A stretch of DNA of 47,275 nt from NCBI GenBank assembly GCA_036520695.1, contig DATDJD010000375.1, forward strand, positions 1 through 47,275, written 5' to 3'. Of this stretch, positions 32,307-39,665 are shown piece after piece (position 1 is the first letter of the stretch; each line of letters begins with the position of its first letter). The position numbers and the translations under genes are program-made. This DNA comes from Actinomycetota bacterium. GTDB lineage: Bacteria > Actinomycetota > UBA4738 > HRBIN12. The notes beneath the pieces are model-generated. The model saw only the letters and a list, made by a program, of their open reading frames with translations. It was not told where the DNA came from and did not search any database.

Positions 32307-32584
32307 CGACCGAACCGCAGACGACGGCCGGCCGGGCGCTGCTCAAACGCGAGGAACTCAACAGCCGCTCGTTCGCGCTCATCACGACCGACGCCATCGT
32401 CGCCATCGAACGCGAAGCCGCCACCCGCGCCCGCTCCGGGCTGGACGCGGGGCTGCTGTACGAGGCCATTCGTCGGACTTGGGTCGCAGGGCACGACGAT
32501 CTGCGGAGCGGGCTGACTACGGACCCGATCGAGGCGACGCTCGCCGCCGCCATCCTCGCCCGTCTCACCGAGGCCGAGTCGTGA
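32303..32584 (+). CDS. mosaic small-gene family member 1
   Basis: ATGA overlap start; 93 aa. Shares the N-terminal TEPQT motif and a 66-bp block (AIEREAATRARSGLDAGL) with member 4. Confidence 0.6.
   Translation: MTTEPQTTAGRALLKREELNSRSFALITTDAIVAIEREAATRARSGLDAGLLYEAIRRTWVAGHDDLRSGLTTDPIEATLAAAILARLTEAES
32391..32456 (+). repeat. 66-bp dispersed repeat, copy A
   Basis: 63/66 identical to 33211-33276 (acgccatcgtcgccatcgaacgcgaagccgccacccgcgcccgctccggg...). Confidence 0.9.
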
Positions 32585-32865
32585 GCACCGATCGCGTGGA
32601 TGCGGTGCTCATCGGCATGATCCGAACTTCGTGGCCGATGAGCCGTGACCAGTACGAGAAGGGCTGGAACGAGGCCATCCACGCCGCCCGCAAGGCTCTC
32701 GCCTCGTCCGGGGAGGCCGCTCCCGTCGATGGGCTGGACGACATCGCCGATGGGGTCCGCTATGCGGGCGGCAACGGAACGTCGGACTACTGGCGCGGGT
32801 TCAACGACGGCATCGACAAGCTCGTAGCGGCCGCCCGAGAGGAGGCCGACGATGGCCGCTCTTGA
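32581..32865 (+). CDS. mosaic small-gene family member 2
   Basis: GTGA overlap start; 94 aa. Contains SSGEAAPVDGL and ends in REEADDGRS. Confidence 0.6.
   Translation: MSTDRVDAVLIGMIRTSWPMSRDQYEKGWNEAIHAARKALASSGEAAPVDGLDDIADGVRYAGGNGTSDYWRGFNDGIDKLVAAAREEADDGRS
32836..32860 (+). repeat. start-associated junction repeat, copy 1 (CGAGAGGAGGCCGACGATGGCCGCT)
   Basis: A 25-mer containing the RBS GAGGAGG and the ATG of the next gene. It also encodes the REEADDGR C-terminus of the previous gene. Confidence 0.85.
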
Positions 32866-33118
32866 CCGCATCCGCGACTGGTTCGATGCGCCGCGGTTCT
32901 GCCCGGACGACGGCCAGCCAATCAGCGTCACCAACAAACCGCGCTTCGACCCCAAGACCGGAGCAAAGCGCGACTCGTGGTACTGGCGATGCCCCGACGT
33001 AAGCGTCTACCACGAGGGCGGGTCCATCCAGTGGAGCCAGAGAGGCACACACAGCGTCCACGTCCACGGTCAAGGCCGCCCCCGTTGGTTCCGAGAGGAG
33101 GCCGACGATGGCCGCTGA
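32852..33118 (+). CDS. mosaic small-gene family member 3
   Basis: Its start lies within a junction repeat; 88 aa. Ends in REEADDGR. Confidence 0.6.
   Translation: MAALDRIRDWFDAPRFCPDDGQPISVTNKPRFDPKTGAKRDSWYWRCPDVSVYHEGGSIQWSQRGTHSVHVHGQGRPRWFREEADDGR
33092..33116 (+). repeat. start-associated junction repeat, copy 2
   Basis: Identical 25-mer to copy 1. Confidence 0.85.
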
Positions 33119-33674
33119 CCTGACCGAACCGCAGACGGCGGCAGGACGCGAGCTGCGCGACGACATCCAAGAGAGCATCGACGCGGGTGGCGGTCTGCAC
33201 GGCTACCGCGACGCCATCCTCGCCATCGAACGCGAAGCCGCCACCCGCGCCCGCTCCGGGTTGGACGCGGGGTTGCGAGAGGCGCTGCGTCACTGGCTCC
33301 AACATGGCGCGGAGTGCGGTTACACCAGCGACGTGACGTTCACAGGCCAGTGTGAGTGTGGACTGGAAGCCGCTCTCGCCTCGTCCGGGGAGGCCGCTCC
33401 CACGACGTCGTGGAAGTACGACCAACGATGCGAGGTGACAGCAGAGGACCACGAACTGGGGGCGGCCTGCTATCCGCTCCTGCCACACTCCCATCGAAAC
33501 GGAACCATCAAGTGGGCGCGTCGGTTTCCGTCCGGGGAGGCCGCTCCCGTCGATGGGCTGCGAGCGGCGGCGCGTGAAGTCGTGCGCCTGTTCAGGGAGC
33601 ATCCGGCCAGCCTCGCGGGTGTCCACGTCAGGGCACTGGACCGACTCCGAGAGGAGGCCGACGATGGCCGCTGA
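33108..33674 (+). CDS. mosaic small-gene family member 4
   Basis: Its start lies within a junction repeat; 188 aa. Carries TEPQT, the 66-bp block and two SGEAAP segments. Ends in REEADDGR. Confidence 0.6.
   Translation: MAADLTEPQTAAGRELRDDIQESIDAGGGLHGYRDAILAIEREAATRARSGLDAGLREALRHWLQHGAECGYTSDVTFTGQCECGLEAALASSGEAAPTTSWKYDQRCEVTAEDHELGAACYPLLPHSHRNGTIKWARRFPSGEAAPVDGLRAAAREVVRLFREHPASLAGVHVRALDRLREEADDGR
33211..33276 (+). repeat. 66-bp dispersed repeat, copy B
   Basis: 63/66 identical to 32391-32456. Confidence 0.9.
33648..33672 (+). repeat. start-associated junction repeat, copy 3
   Basis: Identical 25-mer to copy 1. Confidence 0.85.
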
Positions 33675-33993
33675 CCCGACCGAACCGCAGACGGTGGTTA
33701 TCGAACTCCCGACCCAGTTCGACCCTATAAACGACACCCTCGCCCTCGTCCTGCCCCACGGCCTCACCTACACCCGCGTGGACAGGGTCCCCTACGTCGG
33801 CTCCAATGACTACGCCGTCACGCTCAGCCTCGACGCCACCCGCGCCTCCGTCGATGGGCTGCGAGCGGTCGCTGATGCGTGGGCGGCGTTCGCGCCGCAC
33901 GTTCGGACGTGGGACCCGTTCTGCGACGAAATCCGCGACGCGGCATACGACGCTCTGACCGCCCTCGCCCGAGAGGAGGCCGACGATGTCTGA
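33664..33993 (+). CDS. mosaic small-gene family member 5
   Basis: Its start lies within a junction repeat; 109 aa. Carries TEPQT and SVDGLRAVA. Ends in REEADDV. Confidence 0.6.
   Translation: MAADPTEPQTVVIELPTQFDPINDTLALVLPHGLTYTRVDRVPYVGSNDYAVTLSLDATRASVDGLRAVADAWAAFAPHVRTWDPFCDEIRDAAYDALTALAREEADDV
33970..33988 (+). repeat. start-associated junction repeat, copy 4 (19-bp core CGAGAGGAGGCCGACGATG)
   Basis: The core is identical through the ATG of the VRR-NUC gene. Confidence 0.85.
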
Positions 33994-34321
33994 GCCTCAC
34001 TACGCCGAACTGGACATGTTCGAAGCCGATCTGAAAGCCGCGGTCATCAAGATCGCCAAGCGCGAACGCTGGCTCGTCCACCACACCGCCAACCGCCAGG
34101 GATCCCGCAACTCGGCCAAAGGATCCGGGGTGCCGGACCTCATCATGGCGCACCCCGGGGGTAGGCTTATCCTGGCTGAGTTGAAGAAGCAGAAGGCCAA
34201 GCTCGAGCCGTTGCAGGAACAGTGGCAGTTCGCGTTGGAGCGGTGCCCTGGCATCGAGTACTATGTCTGGCGACCGTCGGATTTGCCGGACATCGACCGC
34301 ATCCTGGGAGGAACGCAGTGA
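33986..34321 (+). CDS. VRR-NUC domain nuclease
   Basis: 111 aa. Has GVPDLIMAHPGGRLILAELKKQKAKLEPLQEQW, a PD-(D/E)XK D...ExK pattern. Confidence 0.7.
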   Translation: MSEPHYAELDMFEADLKAAVIKIAKRERWLVHHTANRQGSRNSAKGSGVPDLIMAHPGGRLILAELKKQKAKLEPLQEQWQFALERCPGIEYYVWRPSDLPDIDRILGGTQ

Positions 34322-34890
34322 GCATTCCCGGTAGGTTCCACGCCGAAACGATCGCGCCATTCGACGTCCTGCCAGGGCAGACGGTAACGATCCCGCTGTT
34401 CGATGCGGGGATCAGCACCAAAGAGTTCGCGCTGCCGACACAGGATACCGACTTTGACACCGAGGTCAGCGACGTCTCGCTACCATCGTTGGTGGCGCAA
34501 CGACCAAACCGGACGGTCGTTGACATCGTGCGCTTGCGGGACGTCGGGCCGGACGATGATGACCGTACCGGCAGATCCGTTCGTGCCATCTCCCCGCCGA
34601 CGCATAGTCACGGGCCGAACAAGACCGTGGCTGGGACGACCGTGGCTGGGGCGATGAGCGCTGGAGCGTCGGGAACATCGACGTGGGCCGACACCTTCCA
34701 CAAGGAGGAGTTCGTCAACGAGACCGACGGACCGTTCTGCCTGCGGATCGCGCACAATGGCTCGGGGAAGATCACGGTCGGCAAGGTTGTGTTCCGCGCC
34801 AACAACGACGATGCCAAAGACATCTACCGCAAGGGCGGCTACAACCTGATGTCGGACGGATCCGTCTCCCGGTTGCCGGTGATCGTATGA
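34318..34890 (+). CDS. hypothetical protein
   Basis: GTGA overlap start; 190 aa. Confidence 0.55.
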   Translation: MSIPGRFHAETIAPFDVLPGQTVTIPLFDAGISTKEFALPTQDTDFDTEVSDVSLPSLVAQRPNRTVVDIVRLRDVGPDDDDRTGRSVRAISPPTHSHGPNKTVAGTTVAGAMSAGASGTSTWADTFHKEEFVNETDGPFCLRIAHNGSGKITVGKVVFRANNDDAKDIYRKGGYNLMSDGSVSRLPVIV

Positions 34891-35270
34891 AGAAGGCATT
34901 GGCGTTCATCCTGCTGTTGGCCCTGGGAACGACTACCGTTTCTGCGGCAGTCCGCGGTACGGCGACGTTCTACTGTTCCGATGGTCGCGACGGCTCGCCG
35001 GTCAGCCGCTGCACCCGCGGCTTCGGCCCCAGCGATCTGGTAGGTGCGATCGACCGGAAGGACAGCACCTACCGCAAGGGCGACTTCGTAAAGGTGTCCC
35101 ACGAGGGTAAGTCGGTGACGGTCCTGATCGTGGACACCTGCGCTTGCGGTGGCGATCGACTGATCGACTTGACGATCGGTGCGTTCCAGCACCTGGCACC
35201 GTGGGGCGCAGGTGAGATCCGGGTCAAGCTCTCGAACGCTGGACTTCCGGCAACGGACACGCAGCCATGA
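34887..35270 (+). CDS. secreted RlpA/3D-like double-psi beta-barrel protein (putative lytic transglycosylase-like)
   Basis: ATGA overlap start; 127 aa. Has a signal peptide (MKKALAFILLLALGTTTVSAA), then GTATFY...GKSVTVLIVDTCACGGDRLIDLTIGAFQHLA. Confidence 0.6.
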   Translation: MKKALAFILLLALGTTTVSAAVRGTATFYCSDGRDGSPVSRCTRGFGPSDLVGAIDRKDSTYRKGDFVKVSHEGKSVTVLIVDTCACGGDRLIDLTIGAFQHLAPWGAGEIRVKLSNAGLPATDTQP

Positions 35271-35767
35271 CCACCCCCACCGAAGCCCTCGCCGCGGCCC
35301 TGCTGCGGGCTGTCCCCGGATACCAGCGATGGCTGACTCACCCGGCCAACACCGCGAACGCGGCGGCGGGTCAGGTCGCCACGATGGAGTCCGAGGCGCA
35401 CGTCCACGCCTTCACACTCCTCTCCGCCCTTTCCTCCTCCGGTTGGTCACTGGTACGGACGGAGGGGCTGGCCGAAACGCGCGAGGCGCTGGAGAGCATG
35501 GCGCTTCAGTTCGGCTACTGGTCGGATGGCGTCGGCGGCATCGGGACGGGCGGGCTATCGGCGCTGGAGGAAGCCTTCGACGTGCTTGGCTGGGACGACC
35601 CCCATCCACTCCCCGAGCGGCGCTGCGACGAGCCGGGGTGCATGCAGGACGGCACGATGGGATGGCCTACGCGACCGGGCGGAACCGGACCGAACGGCGG
35701 CTACCGGCGAACGTGCTGGGGCCACTCCGACATCGGTAAGGCGCGCGCCGCTGAGTCCCGTCCATGA
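35267..35767 (+). CDS. hypothetical protein
   Basis: ATGA overlap start; 166 aa. Confidence 0.55.
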   Translation: MTTPTEALAAALLRAVPGYQRWLTHPANTANAAAGQVATMESEAHVHAFTLLSALSSSGWSLVRTEGLAETREALESMALQFGYWSDGVGGIGTGGLSALEEAFDVLGWDDPHPLPERRCDEPGCMQDGTMGWPTRPGGTGPNGGYRRTCWGHSDIGKARAAESRP

Positions 35768-35874
35768 CCCTCATCTACTTCTCCATCGACTACCCCGGAC
35801 GCCTGGCCATCATCGCCTGTTCGTTGATCGCGTACTGGTTGCTCGTGATGCTGTTGCGGCGGCTGTTCCGGTAG
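35764..35874 (+). CDS. small membrane protein (not in the supplied ORF track)
   Basis: ATGA overlap start; 36 aa. Sequence is MTLIYFSIDYPGRLAIIACSLIAYWLLVMLLRRLFR. Confidence 0.4.
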   Translation: MTLIYFSIDYPGRLAIIACSLIAYWLLVMLLRRLFR

Positions 35875-35906
35875 GGGTTTACTTCCGGGGGGTTGTAGCG
35901 CAGGAT
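35874..35906 (+). promoter_or_regulatory. promoter-like motif P5 (GGGGTTTACT, 17 nt, CAGGAT)
   Basis: The -35 is at 35878-35883 and the -10 is at 35901-35906. It starts at the stop codon of the upstream gene and precedes the lysis cassette. Confidence 0.5.
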
Positions 35907-35938
35907 TACGTTCCGTGAGACTCACGTGGTCGCGGTGA

Positions 35939-36172
35939 ATGCCAGATCCGGTCGTGCTGGCCGAGGCTGGCCCGGTCGCCATCTTGTTGGTGGGGATCGG
36001 TGCGTTGACCATCGGTTTCGTACGGGGATGGGTCGTGCCTGGTTGGCTGTATCACCAGGAACGCGAGCAACGGCTGAAGGCCGAGACGCAGGCCGAGCGC
36101 AACACCGACGCCATCGAAGCGATTGCGGCTGCCGTGAGGTCGTCGCTCAATGAACGCAACCGCGGTGCGTAA
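35939..36172 (+). CDS. membrane protein (N-terminal TM plus coiled coil), lysis-cassette member
   Basis: 77 aa. TM helix is GPVAILLVGIGALTIGFV. Confidence 0.55.
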   Translation: MPDPVVLAEAGPVAILLVGIGALTIGFVRGWVVPGWLYHQEREQRLKAETQAERNTDAIEAIAAAVRSSLNERNRGA

Positions 36173-36344
36173 CACGCGCGGGTGGCGGCACCTTGTGGAG
36201 CGGTTGCTTCCTTGGTTCGACCCGGAAGCGGAACGCCAGCGTGACGAACACACCGAGGCCATCCGGCTGCGTGCGATCCGGGCCAGGATCAATGCCGAGC
36301 AGGTGGTCCGCGCATACCGTGACGCGCCGTGGCCGCGAAGGTGA
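36150..36344 (+). CDS. hypothetical Arg-rich protein
   Basis: 64 aa; good GC3. Overlaps the upstream gene by 23 nt; an alternative GTG is at 36165. Confidence 0.45.
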   Translation: MNATAVRNTRGWRHLVERLLPWFDPEAERQRDEHTEAIRLRAIRARINAEQVVRAYRDAPWPRR

Positions 36345-36655
36345 GCGACGGGCTGATCTCGCCCGCGGTCATCGCGCTGGGTGCGATCGTGTCCTGGCTC
36401 TCTGCCTTGGGGCTGATCGCTGCTGCCAGATCCGCCAATCCGCGCGTCAACGCTTTGACGGAGCGTGCCGTGATCGCGGTCGTCATCTCGATATTCCTGA
36501 CGATCTACGTGTTCATCGCGGCCAATACTGAAGCCGAGTTCGCGATGCTGCCACCGGAAGCAACGATCCGACTGCTGCGTATCGCGGTGTTGGGCCTATC
36601 GTTCATCGGTCCGGCTTGGCTGGTGTTGTGGGCGACTGGCCGATTGGGCCGATAG
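36341..36655 (+). CDS. multi-pass membrane protein (holin-like)
   Basis: GTGA overlap start; 104 aa; three to four hydrophobic helices. Confidence 0.55.
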   Translation: MSDGLISPAVIALGAIVSWLSALGLIAAARSANPRVNALTERAVIAVVISIFLTIYVFIAANTEAEFAMLPPEATIRLLRIAVLGLSFIGPAWLVLWATGRLGR

Positions 36656-36665
36656 GAGGAACGGA

Positions 36666-37796
36666 ATGCCGAAGGAACTGCCGACGATCTACCTGAAGGC
36701 GGGCCAGACCGTCGTCGTGAGCGGTCCCGCGCCGCTGACCCACAACTACGACAAGGCCAAGACGCGCATCCGTGCGACGGCTCCGGGGACCTACGTCGAA
36801 CCGGGAGATCCAGACCCGCCCGGTCCGCCCGATCCCCCGACCGCGCGGACGGGCCTCATCATCGACCGCGCGGTGCTGATGGCATTGCCGACCAGCGGTC
36901 CGGCTTGGAACGCGGTCGTAGCAGCGGCAGGGCAGCCCATCAGCCCGTCGCTCTCCGATCAGGACAGTCCGGCCAACGTGCGCTGCCTTGCTGCGGCACT
37001 GGTAGCGGCTCGGACCGGCGACAACGCGAAGCGGGCAGCGGTGGTCAATGCGTTGCGGACACTCAGAACTGCCAGCCTCGACCGAGCGCTGGCGCTGGCA
37101 CGCGAACTGCCAGCCTATGTGATCGCGGCGGACCTCATCGGTGTGACGGATGCAGAGCTTGGCTACGACTTCAAAGCCTGGCTGCGACAGATCGTCGTTG
37201 CTCCGACATCGGGAGGTCCGTCGTCGCTCACGGCGTCCGCCAAGGAACGTCCGAACAACTGGGGCACCCACGCTCATGCGGCGCTGGCAGCGGCTTGGGC
37301 CTACGTCGGGGACCAGGCCAAGCTCGATGAGGCGCACGCCATCGTGTTGGGTTGGTTGGGGGATCGGTCGAAGTACAGCGGCTTCAAGTACGGCGACCTG
37401 GCGTGGCAGGCCGATCCATCGAAGCCGGTCGGCATCAATGCGGTTGGTACGAAGATCCAAGGCCACGACGTCGACGGTGCGCTGCCCGAGGAGATGCGCC
37501 GATCCGGTGGCTTCAGCTGGCCTCCGCCGAAGCAGAACTACTGCTGGGAAGCGTTGCAGGGGTCGTTCTTGGCGGTGCTCATCCTGCAACGGACGGGCCG
37601 CGAGACGGTCTCCGCCAGCAGCAATGCGTTGGAGCGTGCCTACGAGTGGTTGGTTGGGGCCGCATCCTTCCCACCTTCCGGCGACGACACCTTCCTGATC
37701 CCGATGTGCAACGCGATGTACGGGGTCACGGACGCGGTCAACTCCCCGGTCGGCCAGGGCAAGAACTTCGGCTTCAGTGATTGGCTGTGGCCGTGA
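36666..37796 (+). CDS. alginate-lyase-like (alpha/alpha)-toroid protein; candidate envelope polysaccharide lyase/depolymerase
   Basis: 376 aa; RBS aggagga. Has a small N-domain and a Pro-rich linker (PGDPDPPGPPDPP). The helical body carries ERPNNWGTHAHAALAAAWAYVGDQ, which resembles the NNHSYW region of alginate lyases. Confidence 0.4.
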   Translation: MPKELPTIYLKAGQTVVVSGPAPLTHNYDKAKTRIRATAPGTYVEPGDPDPPGPPDPPTARTGLIIDRAVLMALPTSGPAWNAVVAAAGQPISPSLSDQDSPANVRCLAAALVAARTGDNAKRAAVVNALRTLRTASLDRALALARELPAYVIAADLIGVTDAELGYDFKAWLRQIVVAPTSGGPSSLTASAKERPNNWGTHAHAALAAAWAYVGDQAKLDEAHAIVLGWLGDRSKYSGFKYGDLAWQADPSKPVGINAVGTKIQGHDVDGALPEEMRRSGGFSWPPPKQNYCWEALQGSFLAVLILQRTGRETVSASSNALERAYEWLVGAASFPPSGDDTFLIPMCNAMYGVTDAVNSPVGQGKNFGFSDWLWP

Positions 37797-38098
37797 CCCT
37801 CACGCAGCGCCGGACTTATACGCGGACCACGATCCACTGTGACAACTGTGGGTTCGAGGAGAACGTGGTCAACCTGGATGAGGAGCCACCCGACTCCGTG
37901 CATCAGCTGCCGGTGGTCAAAGGGTGGATCATCGTGCCTGTCCATTCGTTCGCGAAAGCTGACCAGCACGCCTGTTCCCGTCGATGTGCCGAGATCCTCG
38001 CGGCGAAGGCCATCAGCGAGGCCAACCCACGTTGCGACTGCGTCTACAGCCGGGGAACGTTCCAAGGACGGTGCGTCGAGTGTGGTCGGCCAACGTAG
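37793..38098 (+). CDS. hypothetical Cys-rich protein
   Basis: GTGA overlap start; 101 aa. Carries CDNC...C..RC...CDC...CVEC. Confidence 0.5.
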   Translation: MTLTQRRTYTRTTIHCDNCGFEENVVNLDEEPPDSVHQLPVVKGWIIVPVHSFAKADQHACSRRCAEILAAKAISEANPRCDCVYSRGTFQGRCVECGRPT

Positions 38099-38947
38099 AT
38101 GGCTGAGTACTTTCGGAAGCAGTTCGATGGTGGCGCGGTTGCCTGCGATGGCAGGAACTGCGCCTGTGCCAGCGGCGCGATGGCGGTCGCCTACGGCACC
38201 AGCGGGCAGAAGCAGCCAACGTCGGACCAGTTCCGCGCCCGATCCGGTGTCAGCTGCTTCCCTGGGGCGCACAGTCCGTCCGGTGGCCTGTACATCAGCG
38301 ACGTCGAGCGGACCTGCGCCAGCTATGGCGTCAAGATTGACTACGGCAGGGACCACGGTCGGATTACGCGCTGGACACCAACTCAGATCCGCACGCGGCT
38401 CCGGACACACTTGTACGGCGCGGTCCTGCTGGGTGACTACGACCAGCTTCCAGCCAGCATTGACGAACAGCCATCGTTCCGTGGCGACCATTCGGGCTGG
38501 ATCCATGATTACCGCGCCAGCGACGATACGGTCTGCTGGCATGATCCGTTGGCCGACAAGCCGAAGCGCGTGCGCCTGATCGCGATGCTGCGCTACAACC
38601 AGAAGCCAGGTTCCGAGGTCCGTGGCTATGTCGGTTGGGTGAAGCTCGTCGGCCTACCCGACACCAGTACAGGAGGCAACATGGACTCATTCGCGATCCC
38701 GGAGAAGCCAAGCGTGGCGATGGCTCGGGCTGGCGCGGTGCTCTACAAGGAGTCGACCTTCAAGACCAAGGCCGTGACGCTGAGTAAGGCCACGTCCGTC
38801 CGCTATGTCGGACACCTTGATGGGGGTAGCATTCATATCGTGGGCTGGGACCAGAGTCCGGACATCGACGGCAAGTCCACGCTGTTCGCCAAGGAAGGGG
38901 ACGTGTCGGGGATCACCCCAGCGATCTCCTCCGCGGCACTGAAGTAA
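38099..38947 (+). CDS. endolysin: papain-like Cys peptidase domain plus C-terminal SH3-like binding domain
   Basis: 282 aa. Candidate nucleophile lies in GRNCACASGAM and candidate His in GDHSGWIHDY. The C-terminal ~80 aa is a beta-rich module. Flanked by holin-like genes. Confidence 0.6.
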   Translation: MAEYFRKQFDGGAVACDGRNCACASGAMAVAYGTSGQKQPTSDQFRARSGVSCFPGAHSPSGGLYISDVERTCASYGVKIDYGRDHGRITRWTPTQIRTRLRTHLYGAVLLGDYDQLPASIDEQPSFRGDHSGWIHDYRASDDTVCWHDPLADKPKRVRLIAMLRYNQKPGSEVRGYVGWVKLVGLPDTSTGGNMDSFAIPEKPSVAMARAGAVLYKESTFKTKAVTLSKATSVRYVGHLDGGSIHIVGWDQSPDIDGKSTLFAKEGDVSGITPAISSAALK

Positions 38948-38960
38948 GGGGAGGGAAGCG

Positions 38961-39101
38961 ATGCTCGGACGGGATCGCGTCTCAGAAGATGTCGCGCTGG
39001 TCGCTGACATCATGGACATCCCGCTTCGGCTCGTAGCCGAAGTGGAGCCGACGGAGGACGATCCGACCGTCGAAGTGGAACAGGTGGAGGAACCGGAATG
39101 A
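38961..39101 (+). CDS. small acidic protein (not in the supplied ORF track)
   Basis: RBS aaggggaggga; 46 aa. ATGA overlap with the next gene. Confidence 0.4.
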   Translation: MLGRDRVSEDVALVADIMDIPLRLVAEVEPTEDDPTVEVEQVEEPE

Positions 39102-39451
39102 CCGGAGTGAAGATATTCGGCAGGGAGCCTACCCTGTACATCGCGCTGATCACAGCGTTCATCAGCTTGGCCGGGACGCTCGGCTACTCGCTCCTGACCG
39201 GCGATCAGGCGAGTCTGTGGATCGTCCTCGTCAATGCACTGGCCGGTGCGGCTACGGCTTGGGCAGTTCGGCCGATCAGTCCCGCAGCGTTCACCTACGC
39301 CATCGGTGCGATCCTTGCCCTAGCGGCAGGCTACGGCTTGGAAGTCCCACCGGCAACGGTCGCTGCCATCAATGCGCTGGTCATCCCTGCGCTCGCGCTC
39401 CTGACCCGTAATCAGGTGAGCCCGCGCGAGACCGTCGTTACGAACGCCTGA
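39098..39451 (+). CDS. holin-like membrane protein (3-4 TM)
   Basis: 117 aa; very hydrophobic. Lies directly downstream of the endolysin. Confidence 0.6.
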   Translation: MTGVKIFGREPTLYIALITAFISLAGTLGYSLLTGDQASLWIVLVNALAGAATAWAVRPISPAAFTYAIGAILALAAGYGLEVPPATVAAINALVIPALALLTRNQVSPRETVVTNA

Positions 39452-39452
39452 C

Positions 39453-39665
39453 ATGGCGTTCATCGTAGGGTTCGCGCTCCTCATCATCGGGATCCTCATT
39501 GCCTTCCAAGCAGAGGTCGACATGGGGCGAGTCATGGGCCTGCTGCTATTCGGTGGAGCTACCTTCGGCCTGGGGGTACTGTGGGCTGTGTACGGTGGCA
39601 CGCTATGGTGGGACCAGGAGGATCTACCCCACCCAAGGGATACCGAGGAGGTAGCCGGGGTCTGA
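39453..39665 (+). CDS. holin-like membrane protein (2 TM)
   Basis: 70 aa. Two TM helices and an acidic C-terminus. Confidence 0.55.
   Translation: MAFIVGFALLIIGILIAFQAEVDMGRVMGLLLFGGATFGLGVLWAVYGGTLWWDQEDLPHPRDTEEVAGV

Noticed and set aside
32836-33988. Four identical 19-25-bp repeats that could be mistaken for a CRISPR array.
   Set aside because: The spacing is irregular (256, 556 and 322 bp). Each repeat contains an RBS plus a start codon and encodes conserved protein termini. The intervening sequences are coding and there are no cas genes.
32295-34000. A diversity-generating retroelement as the explanation for the repeated segments.
   Set aside because: There is no reverse transcriptase gene and no template/variable repeat pair with adenine-specific differences. 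The copies differ by whole-segment mosaicism.
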